Shown here in pieces: positions 1 through 5,565 of a DNA stretch of 7,294 bases. Both the position numbers and the translations under genes were made by a program. The notes under the pieces are model-generated. The model had not been told where the DNA came from, ran no database searches, and saw nothing but the letters and a program-made list of their open reading frames with translations. The number at the start of each line of letters is the position of its first letter. The first letter of the stretch is position 1. The stretch lies in IMG/VR virus record IMGVR_UViG_3300000059_000050, positions 1 through 7,294 of that record; one strand, given 5' to 3'. Source of the DNA: a virus. Taxonomy: Duplodnaviria > Heunggongvirae > Uroviricota > Caudoviricetes.

Positions 1-157
1 CGGCAGGAACGACTCCGGACGGCAAACCGCGCATGCTTTTTGGTTCCGGCTCCACCAGCACCCTGCCACCATGGAATACCTGCATGGATTCACGACCTAG
101 CTTAACGATAACCAGCCCGAGTTCCGGTACCAGAACAGGTCGAAGTAATACCCGCAC
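1..157 (-). CDS. Hypothetical protein, 5' part only (runs off the window start); candidate start GTG at 155-157
   Basis: Minus frame is open from 157 to position 1 (VRVLLRPVLVPELGLVIVKLGRESMQVFHGGRVLVEPEPKSMRGLPSGVVPA...). GGAGG sits 4 nt upstream of the GTG, inside the last codons of the 159-431 ORF (stop TAA, 1 nt, GTG), a coupling-type junction. No recognisable motif. A plus-strand frame is also open across this region, so strand assignment is uncertain. Confidence 0.25.
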   Translation of the reverse strand, partial: MRVLLRPVLVPELGLVIVKLGRESMQVFHGGRVLVEPEPKSMRGLPSGVVPA

Positions 158-158
158 G

Positions 159-431
159 TTACCTCCAGATCCGCTGCTGGAATGTGCGCGATGGACGTGG
201 AGGGCGTTCGGAATAAGGAAGCCTGACGGAAATTATCCAGTGTCGGAAATCAAGACTGAGATCCTTTCTGACCTCGCATCCGCGCCTGCGGTAACACTGA
301 ATCAGCCATTCGGCCTGTTCTTCAGTGCATGGATCATGCTGGTACCAGTCAGTTTTAAAGACGTGTGAACGCCGCCCGTGCCGGATGGCAAGATCGGTAT
401 CAGAATTGTGAAATTTGGTTTTGTGCGCCAT
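159..431 (-). CDS. Hypothetical 90-aa Arg/Trp/His-rich protein; position would fit a small DNA-binding or recombination-directionality protein, unverified
   Basis: ATG-initiated ORF whose stop is immediately followed by a GGAGG-preceded GTG of the next minus ORF. Composition is basic and Trp-rich. Weak SD, several rare codons and low purine bias at codon position 1 keep confidence low. Confidence 0.3.
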   Translation of the reverse strand: MAHKTKFHNSDTDLAIRHGRRSHVFKTDWYQHDPCTEEQAEWLIQCYRRRGCEVRKDLSLDFRHWIISVRLPYSERPPRPSRTFQQRIWR

Positions 432-502
432 CTGTTTTCTCTGCTGGCGCAGCAGGTGTCAGGTGTTCAGGCTGACGTGCGAATTGTAAACCAGGATGCT
501 CA

Positions 503-533
503 GAAAAAACAAAACCCGCCGAAGCGGGTTTTC
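503..533 (-). terminator. Rho-independent terminator, bidirectional, ending the antitoxin-Doc transcript
   Basis: Perfect hairpin AAAACCCGC-CGAA-GCGGGTTTT at 511-532. On the minus strand it reads CCCGC-UUCG-GCGGG followed by UUUUGUUUUUU, 14 nt past the Doc stop. On the plus strand it is followed by TTTTCATT. Confidence 0.65.
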
Positions 534-546
534 ATTAGAAGCGCCT

Positions 547-1032
547 TTAGTTTTGCTGTTCTATTTTAAGCTTGATAGTTTCATACAAAACAATAGTTGC
601 GCCTGTTTTACATAATTCCCGGCTGTCATACGCGCGAGACCAATAACACAACCAGTTCTCGAGATCTTCTCGAGTATAGGTTTTGCAGGCCAGTCCCTTT
701 GCCATTTCCACGATTTCATCGCCTGGTGCTGTTAACTCATAGCCATTCAACAACAAGAAGACGTAACCAGCCATCATAGCTGTTCGTTTGTTCGCATTAG
801 CAAACGGATGATTCTGAATCAGACTTTCAATCAATACCGATGCCAGTACAAACATGTCATTAGTCTGTTCATACCATCGAACCATGCTGGGACGGGCCTG
901 AGAAGAACTTAAGTTATCTGGACTCAGGACACCAACGGGCTCATCTGGCGTCTGTAATTCAATTAGGGAACGATTGATTTCAACAAGATCATCAACCGTA
1001 AGGTAATGCACTCCTTCAACAATCTCAGCCAT
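547..1032 (-). CDS. Doc-family (death-on-curing, Fic/Doc fold) type II toxin, about 161 aa
   Basis: Translation contains HPFANANKRTA, matching the Doc signature H-x-F-x-(D/N)-A-N-K-R (P1 Doc has HIFNDANKRTA). Start taken at ATG 1030-1032 (MAEIVEGVHYL...); the track ORF begins at a TTG at 1041. Lies 18 nt downstream of a small ORF, the usual antitoxin-toxin layout. Confidence 0.8.
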   Translation of the reverse strand: MAEIVEGVHYLTVDDLVEINRSLIELQTPDEPVGVLSPDNLSSSQARPSMVRWYEQTNDMFVLASVLIESLIQNHPFANANKRTAMMAGYVFLLLNGYELTAPGDEIVEMAKGLACKTYTREDLENWLCYWSRAYDSRELCKTGATIVLYETIKLKIEQQN

Positions 1033-1050
1033 AGAGCACAATACCCATCA

Positions 1051-1230
1051 TTACACTTTTGAAAGTTCTTCCATGGCTTTCTCATAACGAGAAAAACCGA
1101 AATCAAAAGCATTTTTCACTTGTTCACGATGTGCGCAGTTTTCATCAATCGCTGGGCGAGGGACTGCCACAACGCTTTTATCGCGAGGCGGAATACTCAA
1201 CCGCGTGTGTTTTTTGATTGGGCAGCTCAT
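1051..1230 (-). CDS. Putative antitoxin partner of the Doc toxin, about 59 aa, family unassigned
   Basis: Small ORF directly upstream of the Doc gene on the same strand. ATG at 1228-1230 is preceded by AAGGA (MSCPIKKHTRLSIPPRDKSVVAVPRPAIDE...); the track ORF starts at a TTG 48 nt further upstream. I do not recognise it as Phd/YefM-like; the call rests on position and size. Confidence 0.5.
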   Translation of the reverse strand: MSCPIKKHTRLSIPPRDKSVVAVPRPAIDENCAHREQVKNAFDFGFSRYEKAMEELSKV

Positions 1231-1293
1231 ACTAATGAGTCCTTTTGTTTTCCGATTATTGGCAAAGCCATGCACCAAATTTGATACAAAATA

Positions 1294-1341
1294 GATCTGT
1301 TTGAGATCCTTAGGATAGTCTAATGGTAGCTAAAATTACAA
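1294..1341 (-). promoter_or_regulatory. Candidate promoter and operator of the antitoxin-Doc operon
   Basis: On the minus strand: TTGTAA (plus 1336-1341), 18-nt spacer, TATCCT (plus 1312-1317), then inverted repeat GATCT-gtttg-AGATC (1294-1308) near the predicted start site. Lies between the upstream terminator and the antitoxin start. Read by eye only. Confidence 0.25.
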
Positions 1342-1355
1342 CCTCATAATGCGAC

Positions 1356-1376
1356 GAAAAACCCGCCGAAGCGGGT
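1356..1376 (-). terminator. Rho-independent terminator downstream of hok
   Basis: Minus-strand RNA reads AACCCGC-UUCG-GCGGGUU followed by UUUUUCG. The 19-nt core AAAACCCGCCGAAGCGGGTT is identical to the hairpin at 511-531. Confidence 0.55.
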
Positions 1377-1447
1377 TAAGTGCGGGTGCGTTGAGGATGC
1401 CTGACACATCAGAGGTGGCGAGGGATTTCTCCCTCGCCTGGTCACTC

Positions 1448-1603
1448 TTACTTCTCAGATTCGTAGTCTACGAAGACAGCGACCTCCGTCTGGCCGGTTC
1501 GGATTCGTACCTCGCAGAGGTCTTTCCTCGTTACCAGTGCCGTCACTATGACGGTTAAACAGATGACGATCAGGGCGATTAACATCGCCTTTTGCTGCTT
1601 CAT
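1448..1603 (-). CDS. hok: Hok/Gef-family type I membrane toxin, 51 aa
   Basis: MKQQKAMLIALIVICLTVIVTALVTRKDLCEVRIRTGQTEVAVFVDYESEK is near-identical in pattern to chromosomal HokD/RelF-type Hok peptides as I recall them (TM helix, then RKxLCEVRxxxGxxEVAxF). ATG at 1601-1603 is preceded by AAGGAGAAG. The track ORF 1448..1660 is an in-frame extension from an ATG 57 nt upstream. Confidence 0.9.
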   Translation of the reverse strand: MKQQKAMLIALIVICLTVIVTALVTRKDLCEVRIRTGQTEVAVFVDYESEK

Positions 1604-2104
1604 AGCCTGCTTCTCCTTGACCTTTCGGTCCGTAAGAGGCAATCTATATGTGACGAGCATATAGGGGCCTCACTTCGATTTATAGTCGGGTGGGGCTTTT
1701 CTCTATCTGCCTTGCAGTGGCATGCCCGAGACAGATAGCCTCAAGCACCCGCAGCAATTCTAACTATCCAATACATCACTGCCAACACTTTAAACTCTCG
1801 CCCTTTAAAACAAGAACAAAATTCAACCAATCAGCATTGGACGCATACTCATATCCTAGAGAAAACGACTCTTTCTGTACTATCTACATCCATTTGATTT
1901 ATAAGCATTTGCCGCTTGCCATAGCCGCACAATGACAGTTTGCCATTTGATGTCAATAGATAAAAACGATCATTTTCAATGAGTTACATACTTGCAAGGC
2001 GTTGCACATCAGGCCCGATTGCATCAGTATCAAAAGATAACAGATGGTGCATTACTGCCACCTCGCCTTAATGTTCCAGAACTATTCAACTTGAGGAATT
2101 TTCA
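1604..2104. promoter_or_regulatory. AT-rich divergent intergenic region: expected hok leader and antisense control region, plus the promoter of the KilA-N gene
   Basis: About 500 bp with no convincing ORF and visibly lower GC than the flanks. Hok loci are known to carry long structured leaders and a short antisense RNA; here these are inferred from position, not seen. Several -35/-10-like hexamers are present but none could be assigned with confidence. Confidence 0.35.
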
Positions 2105-2878
2105 ATGACATCCTTTCAATTATCTTTGATTTCTCGTGAAATTGACGGCGAAATAATACATTTACGTGCCAAAGATGGTTACATAAACGCCACATCAATG
2201 TGTAGAACTGCGGGCAAACTGCTCTCTGATTACACTAGACTCAAAACCACTCAAGAGTTTTTTGACGAATTATCACGCGATATGGGAATTCCCATATCGG
2301 AGTTAATTCAATCATTTAAAGGTGGAAGACCTGAAAACCAAGGGACGTGGGTGCATCCTGATATCGCTATTAATCTGGCACAGTGGCTATCGCCCAAATT
2401 TGCAGTCCAAGTTTCAAGATGGGTTCGTGAATGGATGTCAGGGGAAAGAACTACAGCAGAAATGCCTGTACATTTAAAACGGTACATGGTTAATCGTGGT
2501 AGAATTCCTCACACGCACTTTTCTATTCTTAATGAACTGACATTCAACTTGGTTGCACCTCTCGAACAAGCAGGGTACACACTCCCAGAAAAAATGGTTC
2601 CTGACATTTCACAAGGAAGAGTATTTTCACAATGGTTAAGAGATAATAGAAACGTAGAACCCAAAACATTCCCTACCTATGACCATGAATATCCCGATGG
2701 TCGCGTATACCCAGCAAGGCTGTACCCAAATGAATATTTAGCAGATTTCAAAGAACATTTTAACAATATTTGGTTGCCACAATATGCCCCGAAATACTTC
2801 GCTGACCGGGACAAAAAGGCTCTCGCCTTGATTGAAAAAATTATGCTACCTAACCTCGATGGCAATGAACAGTTCTAA
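2105..2878 (+). CDS. KilA-N domain protein (APSES-type DNA-binding N-terminal domain) with an unrecognised C-terminal domain, 257 aa
   Basis: N-terminal about 110 aa (INATSMCRTAGK...GTWVHPDIAINLAQWLSPKFAVQVSRWVREW) matches the KilA-N pattern found in P1 KilA and Bro-N proteins. SD GAGGAA lies 6 nt before the ATG. It is the only well-supported plus-strand gene, is AT-rich, and is followed by a strong terminator. Confidence 0.8.
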   Translation: MTSFQLSLISREIDGEIIHLRAKDGYINATSMCRTAGKLLSDYTRLKTTQEFFDELSRDMGIPISELIQSFKGGRPENQGTWVHPDIAINLAQWLSPKFAVQVSRWVREWMSGERTTAEMPVHLKRYMVNRGRIPHTHFSILNELTFNLVAPLEQAGYTLPEKMVPDISQGRVFSQWLRDNRNVEPKTFPTYDHEYPDGRVYPARLYPNEYLADFKEHFNNIWLPQYAPKYFADRDKKALALIEKIMLPNLDGNEQF

Positions 2879-2883
2879 ATGAT

Positions 2884-2911
2884 TAGCCAGCCCCATAGGG
2901 GCTGGCTATTT
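2884..2911 (+). terminator. Rho-independent terminator of the KilA-N gene
   Basis: Perfect 11-bp inverted repeat TAGCCAGCCCC-ata-GGGGCTGGCTA (2884-2908) followed by TTT, 6 nt after the stop codon. Confidence 0.7.
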
Positions 2912-2918
2912 AGTATAG

Positions 2919-3002
2919 TCATCCCCATCGGCAAATCGAATACACAACCAGCGCCACCGCCATCGCAATTCCTGCCGTTGTGAATGCTTCAGGCCAGGTC
3001 AT
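2919..3002 (-). CDS. Possible 27-aa hydrophobic micro-peptide (MTWPEAFTTAGIAMAVALVVYSICRWG)
   Basis: Not in the ORF track (below its size cutoff). Its ATG overlaps the TGA of the upstream 191-aa gene as ATGA. One predicted TM-like segment. Ends 8 nt from the 2884-2908 hairpin. Could be chance. Confidence 0.25.
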   Translation of the reverse strand: MTWPEAFTTAGIAMAVALVVYSICRWG

Positions 3003-3574
3003 CGTAAAATATCCTCCGCGCTTATCAGTCCGTTTCGCTTCAGGTAGACCATCGCCTTCTCCGGTAATTTGCAGTTCGGCTTCGCTTTCCTCAATTGGCT
3101 AGCCAGTTGTTTAATCAGCATTGTTAATTCCCGTACCTGAACGTCCCCTTTGGTATCCTCATTGGTGAGGATACCATCGCCTTTCCCCTGAAGCATGGCG
3201 GCGCAGCAGGCGTTCCATGAGATTTCCTGAAGGGAGCGACGAATCTGTGTGCTGCATATACTCCTCCCTGACTCCTGGCTGTTAAACCATGTTTCAAATT
3301 CCGGCACTACCGTCGCTGGCGGGGCGGTGTAAAGTGGAACAACTCGCCCTCCCCATTGCTTAACACTACTCTCAGCGAACACTAAATGCTCAGCCCGATA
3401 ATACCCGGGGGCATCAATATCTTTTCTTTCGCTATCCCACATGTAAACCACCGGCTCTGCTTCCAGCGATGCCAAAGCAATCCGTGCCACTTCCATTTGT
3501 TCGCTACGAGTAAGCCCGTTTTCAAGCGGATTTTTAATGAACAATTCAATACGTTCTTTGGTGATAGCGTTCAT
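2999..3574 (-). CDS. Prophage early-region protein of unknown function, 191 aa; paralog of the 3578-4000 product
   Basis: AAGGAA lies 6 nt before the ATG. Shares RIALASLEAEPV and V(V/I)PLY-x-x-PPA motifs and a similar C-terminal helix with the adjacent 140-aa protein, with an inserted segment of about 60 aa. Confidence 0.7.
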   Translation of the reverse strand: MNAITKERIELFIKNPLENGLTRSEQMEVARIALASLEAEPVVYMWDSERKDIDAPGYYRAEHLVFAESSVKQWGGRVVPLYTAPPATVVPEFETWFNSQESGRSICSTQIRRSLQEISWNACCAAMLQGKGDGILTNEDTKGDVQVRELTMLIKQLASQLRKAKPNCKLPEKAMVYLKRNGLISAEDILR

Positions 3575-3577
3575 GTG

Positions 3578-4000
3578 TCATTCCTTAACCTGCAACTGCT
3601 TCTTAACCAGTTTACGTAGATGTGCCACAGCCATAGAAAGAGTTTCCACCGCTCGTTTATCCAGCTGTGGGGACAGAGACACCAGTTCGTTTATTGCGAT
3701 CTCAATGCCCTGTGCCTGCACTGTGGGAGCTGGCGGCACACGATACAGCGGAATTACACGACGCGGGTCTGCGTATTTATCTGGAGGACAAGGTAATAAA
3801 TAACCTAAACCAATTTGCTCAACATCTCGCAGTTCCTCGTCATCAGTCCATGCAACTGGTTCTGCTTCCAGCGATGCCAGCGCGATACGAAACACATTGG
3901 CAAGCAGGCTGCTTGAAGATTGGTTATCGTGCGCCGGGTCGCTCAGGAAACCAGTGATGAATGATTTAATTTCCGCGTTTTCTCTGGTAGTAGTGGTCAT
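3578..4000 (-). CDS. Prophage early-region protein of unknown function, 140 aa; paralog of the 2999-3574 product
   Basis: Start ATG overlaps the stop of the upstream gene (ATGA). Motifs RIALASLEAEPVAW and RVIPLYRVPPAPTV. Confidence 0.7.
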   Translation of the reverse strand: MTTTTRENAEIKSFITGFLSDPAHDNQSSSSLLANVFRIALASLEAEPVAWTDDEELRDVEQIGLGYLLPCPPDKYADPRRVIPLYRVPPAPTVQAQGIEIAINELVSLSPQLDKRAVETLSMAVAHLRKLVKKQLQVKE

Positions 4001-4206
4001 TTGTTAATCCTCAAAACTTTATGCCCGGGCGCAAAAGCACGTGTTTTGTCTTTACTTATTCGCCACCCGTCTTTACGGGCCTCTTTTGCACAACCAGACC
4101 ATGACGTACCGATATACTCACCGAAGTCTGGCACTGGATATACACCTTCCGTACACTGGCGGCAGTCACAATAGAGATGCATGGTGTAACTTGCGGCAAT
4201 AGCCAT
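3997..4206 (-). CDS. Small Cys-rich protein (C-x-C-x2-C ... C), putative zinc-binding, 69 aa; tandem paralog copy 1
   Basis: AAGGAGA lies 5 nt before the ATG. Near-identical to the 4817-5032 product (MxIAASYTMHLYCDCRQCT...GEYIGTSW.GCAKEARKDGWRIS.DKTRAFAPGHK). Four conserved Cys. Confidence 0.75.
   Translation of the reverse strand: MAIAASYTMHLYCDCRQCTEGVYPVPDFGEYIGTSWSGCAKEARKDGWRISKDKTRAFAPGHKVLRINK
4011..4206. repeat. Diverged direct repeat, copy 1 (about 196 bp; roughly 85-90% identical to 4837-5032 by eye)
   Basis: Aligned by eye without gaps to 4837-5032. Covers almost the whole Cys-rich gene; similarity continues into the upstream SD region. Confidence 0.8.
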
Positions 4207-4217
4207 ATCAGTCTCCT

Positions 4218-4595
4218 TTAGTGCGCATATAACAGTGATTTTTCCAGCGGTTTTGCTCTCCTGCGCTCTTCCCCAAGCGCATAACGTGCTTCTACCGGGT
4301 CTTTGTCTTCATATTCATAATTGACGCTTTTAACCATCGCTACACAGCACTCATTGCAGCATCTATAGGACATAAGCTCGCCATCAAATTTCCATGTTGT
4401 GCTGCGGTGTATTTCACCCTTTGAGATTTTTCCGGCGCATATGTGGCATGTATATTCACCGCGAGAGGTAACGATTTTATTCGATAACTCAATATCGAAT
4501 GGCGCACCAAAATCACCTTCAAAAAGATAAAAATCCAGAGCGTCTCCTAAATCTTGTTTATTGTATCTCTGCTGCTCTTTTGTGGTAATGGTCAT
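4218..4595 (-). CDS. Cys-cluster protein (CHIC ... CCNECC), putative zinc-ribbon, about 125 aa, unknown function
   Basis: Start taken at ATG 4593-4595 (MTITTKEQQ...), which lies 1 nt after the stop of the upstream membrane-peptide gene. The track's 155-aa version is an N-terminal extension that overlaps that gene in another frame. Confidence 0.65.
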   Translation of the reverse strand: MTITTKEQQRYNKQDLGDALDFYLFEGDFGAPFDIELSNKIVTSRGEYTCHICAGKISKGEIHRSTTWKFDGELMSYRCCNECCVAMVKSVNYEYEDKDPVEARYALGEERRRAKPLEKSLLYAH

Positions 4596-4596
4596 T

Positions 4597-4815
4597 TCAA
4601 CCTTCCTTATACGGATTAATTTTATTGTGCAGTGTGTTGAACGACGCCCATACCACGTCGTTATACAATTCAATAACTGGCTCAATTATTTTCCCGATTG
4701 CCCAGACAAAAATTAGCGGGGATATCGGTATCATCAACACGATAAACAGAATGAGAAACAAAAATTCTGTCGCTCTACTTTTTCGCGGATATTCTTTTCT
4801 GAATAATGTAGGCAC
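4597..4815 (-). CDS. Small membrane protein, 72 aa, one predicted TM helix, GTG start
   Basis: GTG at 4813-4815 is preceded by AGGAGA with a 5-nt spacer; the upstream TGA is 1 nt away. Hydrophobic core FLFLILFIVLMIPISPLIFVWAIG. Confidence 0.6.
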   Translation of the reverse strand: MPTLFRKEYPRKSRATEFLFLILFIVLMIPISPLIFVWAIGKIIEPVIELYNDVVWASFNTLHNKINPYKEG

Positions 4816-4816
4816 A

Positions 4817-5032
4817 TCACTCTCCTTTGTTGCTTCTCAAAATTTTATGCCCTGGCGCAAAAGCACGCGTTTTGTCGACGCTTATTCGCCACCCATCTTT
4901 ACGTGCCTCTTTTGCACAGCCAGCCCATGACGTACCGATATACTCACCAAAATCTGGCGACTGATATTTGCCATCCGTACACTGGCGGCAATCACAATAG
5001 AGATGCATGGTGTAACTTGCGGCAATACTCAT
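4817..5032 (-). CDS. Small Cys-rich protein, putative zinc-binding, 71 aa; tandem paralog copy 2
   Basis: GGAGG lies 4 nt before the ATG, which directly follows the TGA of the 119-aa gene. Same four-Cys pattern as the 3997-4206 product. Confidence 0.75.
   Translation of the reverse strand: MSIAASYTMHLYCDCRQCTDGKYQSPDFGEYIGTSWAGCAKEARKDGWRISVDKTRAFAPGHKILRSNKGE
4837..5032. repeat. Diverged direct repeat, copy 2
   Basis: Partner of 4011-4206, same orientation, 826 bp apart. Confidence 0.8.
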
Positions 5033-5392
5033 TCAGCCTCCTTTGATGCCTGTGTTTACAACCAGGCAGGCCTCCTTGAGTACCCAGTCAATAGCGTCTT
5101 TCCATGCTCCGGTTTCAACTGGCGGATTCTCACGCCGTACCTGTTCATAAAAGCGCACAGCTTTAACCAGTCCTTCTGATGACACCGGGGCTGGCGGGGC
5201 CGTGAATAACGCCTGAATTTCATAGTTCGGTCTGTCGTTACAATCTTCTTTTGTCGGGACATATTTCCAGTCACCAAACCACGACTTACCCTGAGAGTCC
5301 GTAACGCCTTTTTTCACGTAGCGATACCGCCATGCAACTGGTTTTGCCTGCCCTGCCGTTTCATGCCCTTCCTGATAATTAATCTCACTCAT
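5033..5392 (-). CDS. Prophage early-region protein of unknown function, 119 aa
   Basis: Start ATG overlaps the stop of the upstream small ORF (ATGA). N-terminus MSEINYQ is shared with the 5836-6360 product; KPVAW and ALFTAPPAPV motifs are shared with the 140-aa and 191-aa proteins. Confidence 0.7.
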   Translation of the reverse strand: MSEINYQEGHETAGQAKPVAWRYRYVKKGVTDSQGKSWFGDWKYVPTKEDCNDRPNYEIQALFTAPPAPVSSEGLVKAVRFYEQVRRENPPVETGAWKDAIDWVLKEACLVVNTGIKGG

Positions 5393-5565
5393 TCATCGCC
5401 CCACTCATCACAATATGCTTCGACCGGAGTTTTTCCTGCTTCATAATCATCACGCCATGCTTCAGCATCAGCGGCACTTCCACCGCGTAACTCTGCATAA
5501 TCCATTAACAGTTCATGCCATTCTTCAAAACTGGCGTTATATTTAGTTGAACCAAAATCAGCCAT
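5389..5565 (-). CDS. Small acidic protein, 58 aa (MADFGSTKYNASFEEWHELLMDYAELRGGSAADAEAWRDDYEAGKTPVEAYCDEWGDE)
   Basis: Not in the ORF track (below its size cutoff). Its ATG overlaps the end of the 60-aa gene (ATGGCTGA) and its stop overlaps the 119-aa start (ATGA). Counted 16 D/E against 4 K/R. Confidence 0.5.
   Translation of the reverse strand: MADFGSTKYNASFEEWHELLMDYAELRGGSAADAEAWRDDYEAGKTPVEAYCDEWGDE

Noticed and set aside
33-368. Plus-strand 111-aa ORF (frame open from the window start)
   Set aside because: The product is low-complexity and Ser/Thr/Pro/Arg-rich with no SD before the ATG, so it looks like an alternative-frame artefact. It is not fully excluded, because the bidirectional terminator at 503-533 could serve a plus-strand transcript; see the finding on 1-500.
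378-569. Plus-strand 63-aa ORF
   Set aside because: It reads straight through the terminator hairpin and into the Doc gene 3' end, with no SD.
597-779. Plus-strand 60-aa ORF antisense to the Doc gene
   Set aside because: It lies entirely inside the well-supported Doc coding sequence on the opposite strand and its product is Arg/Ser/Thr-rich.
1349-1558. Plus-strand 69-aa ORF
   Set aside because: It spans the terminator hairpin and the hok 3' UTR and coding sequence in antisense; the product is not protein-like.
1448-1660. 70-codon in-frame extension of hok as the gene model
   Set aside because: Hok-family toxins are about 50 aa and the internal ATG has a good SD. The upstream ATG may still have a regulatory role (see findings).
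1690-1935. Plus-strand 81-aa ORF in the AT-rich intergenic region
   Set aside because: No SD, the product is low-complexity, and it lies in a probable promoter and leader region between divergent genes.
2677-2865. Minus-strand 62-aa ORF inside the KilA-N gene
   Set aside because: Antisense to a well-supported gene, with no SD.
3386-3957. Plus-strand ORFs 3386-3619, 3537-3803 and 3667-3957
   Set aside because: All are antisense to tightly coupled minus-strand genes. Their products are Cys/Arg/Ser-rich and not protein-like, and none has an SD.
4340-4522. Minus-strand 60-aa ORF in an alternative frame of 4218-4595
   Set aside because: Nested inside a better-supported gene in a different frame.
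4218-4685. 155-aa version of the Cys-cluster protein
   Set aside because: Its N-terminal 30 codons overlap the membrane-peptide gene in another frame and look like off-frame sequence. The ATG at 4593-4595, placed 1 nt after the upstream stop, is the better start.
4625-4930. Plus-strand 101-aa ORF
   Set aside because: Antisense across two minus-strand genes and a gene junction.
5056-5277. Minus-strand 73-aa ORF in an alternative frame of 5033-5392
   Set aside because: Nested alternative frame; the product is Arg-rich and not protein-like.
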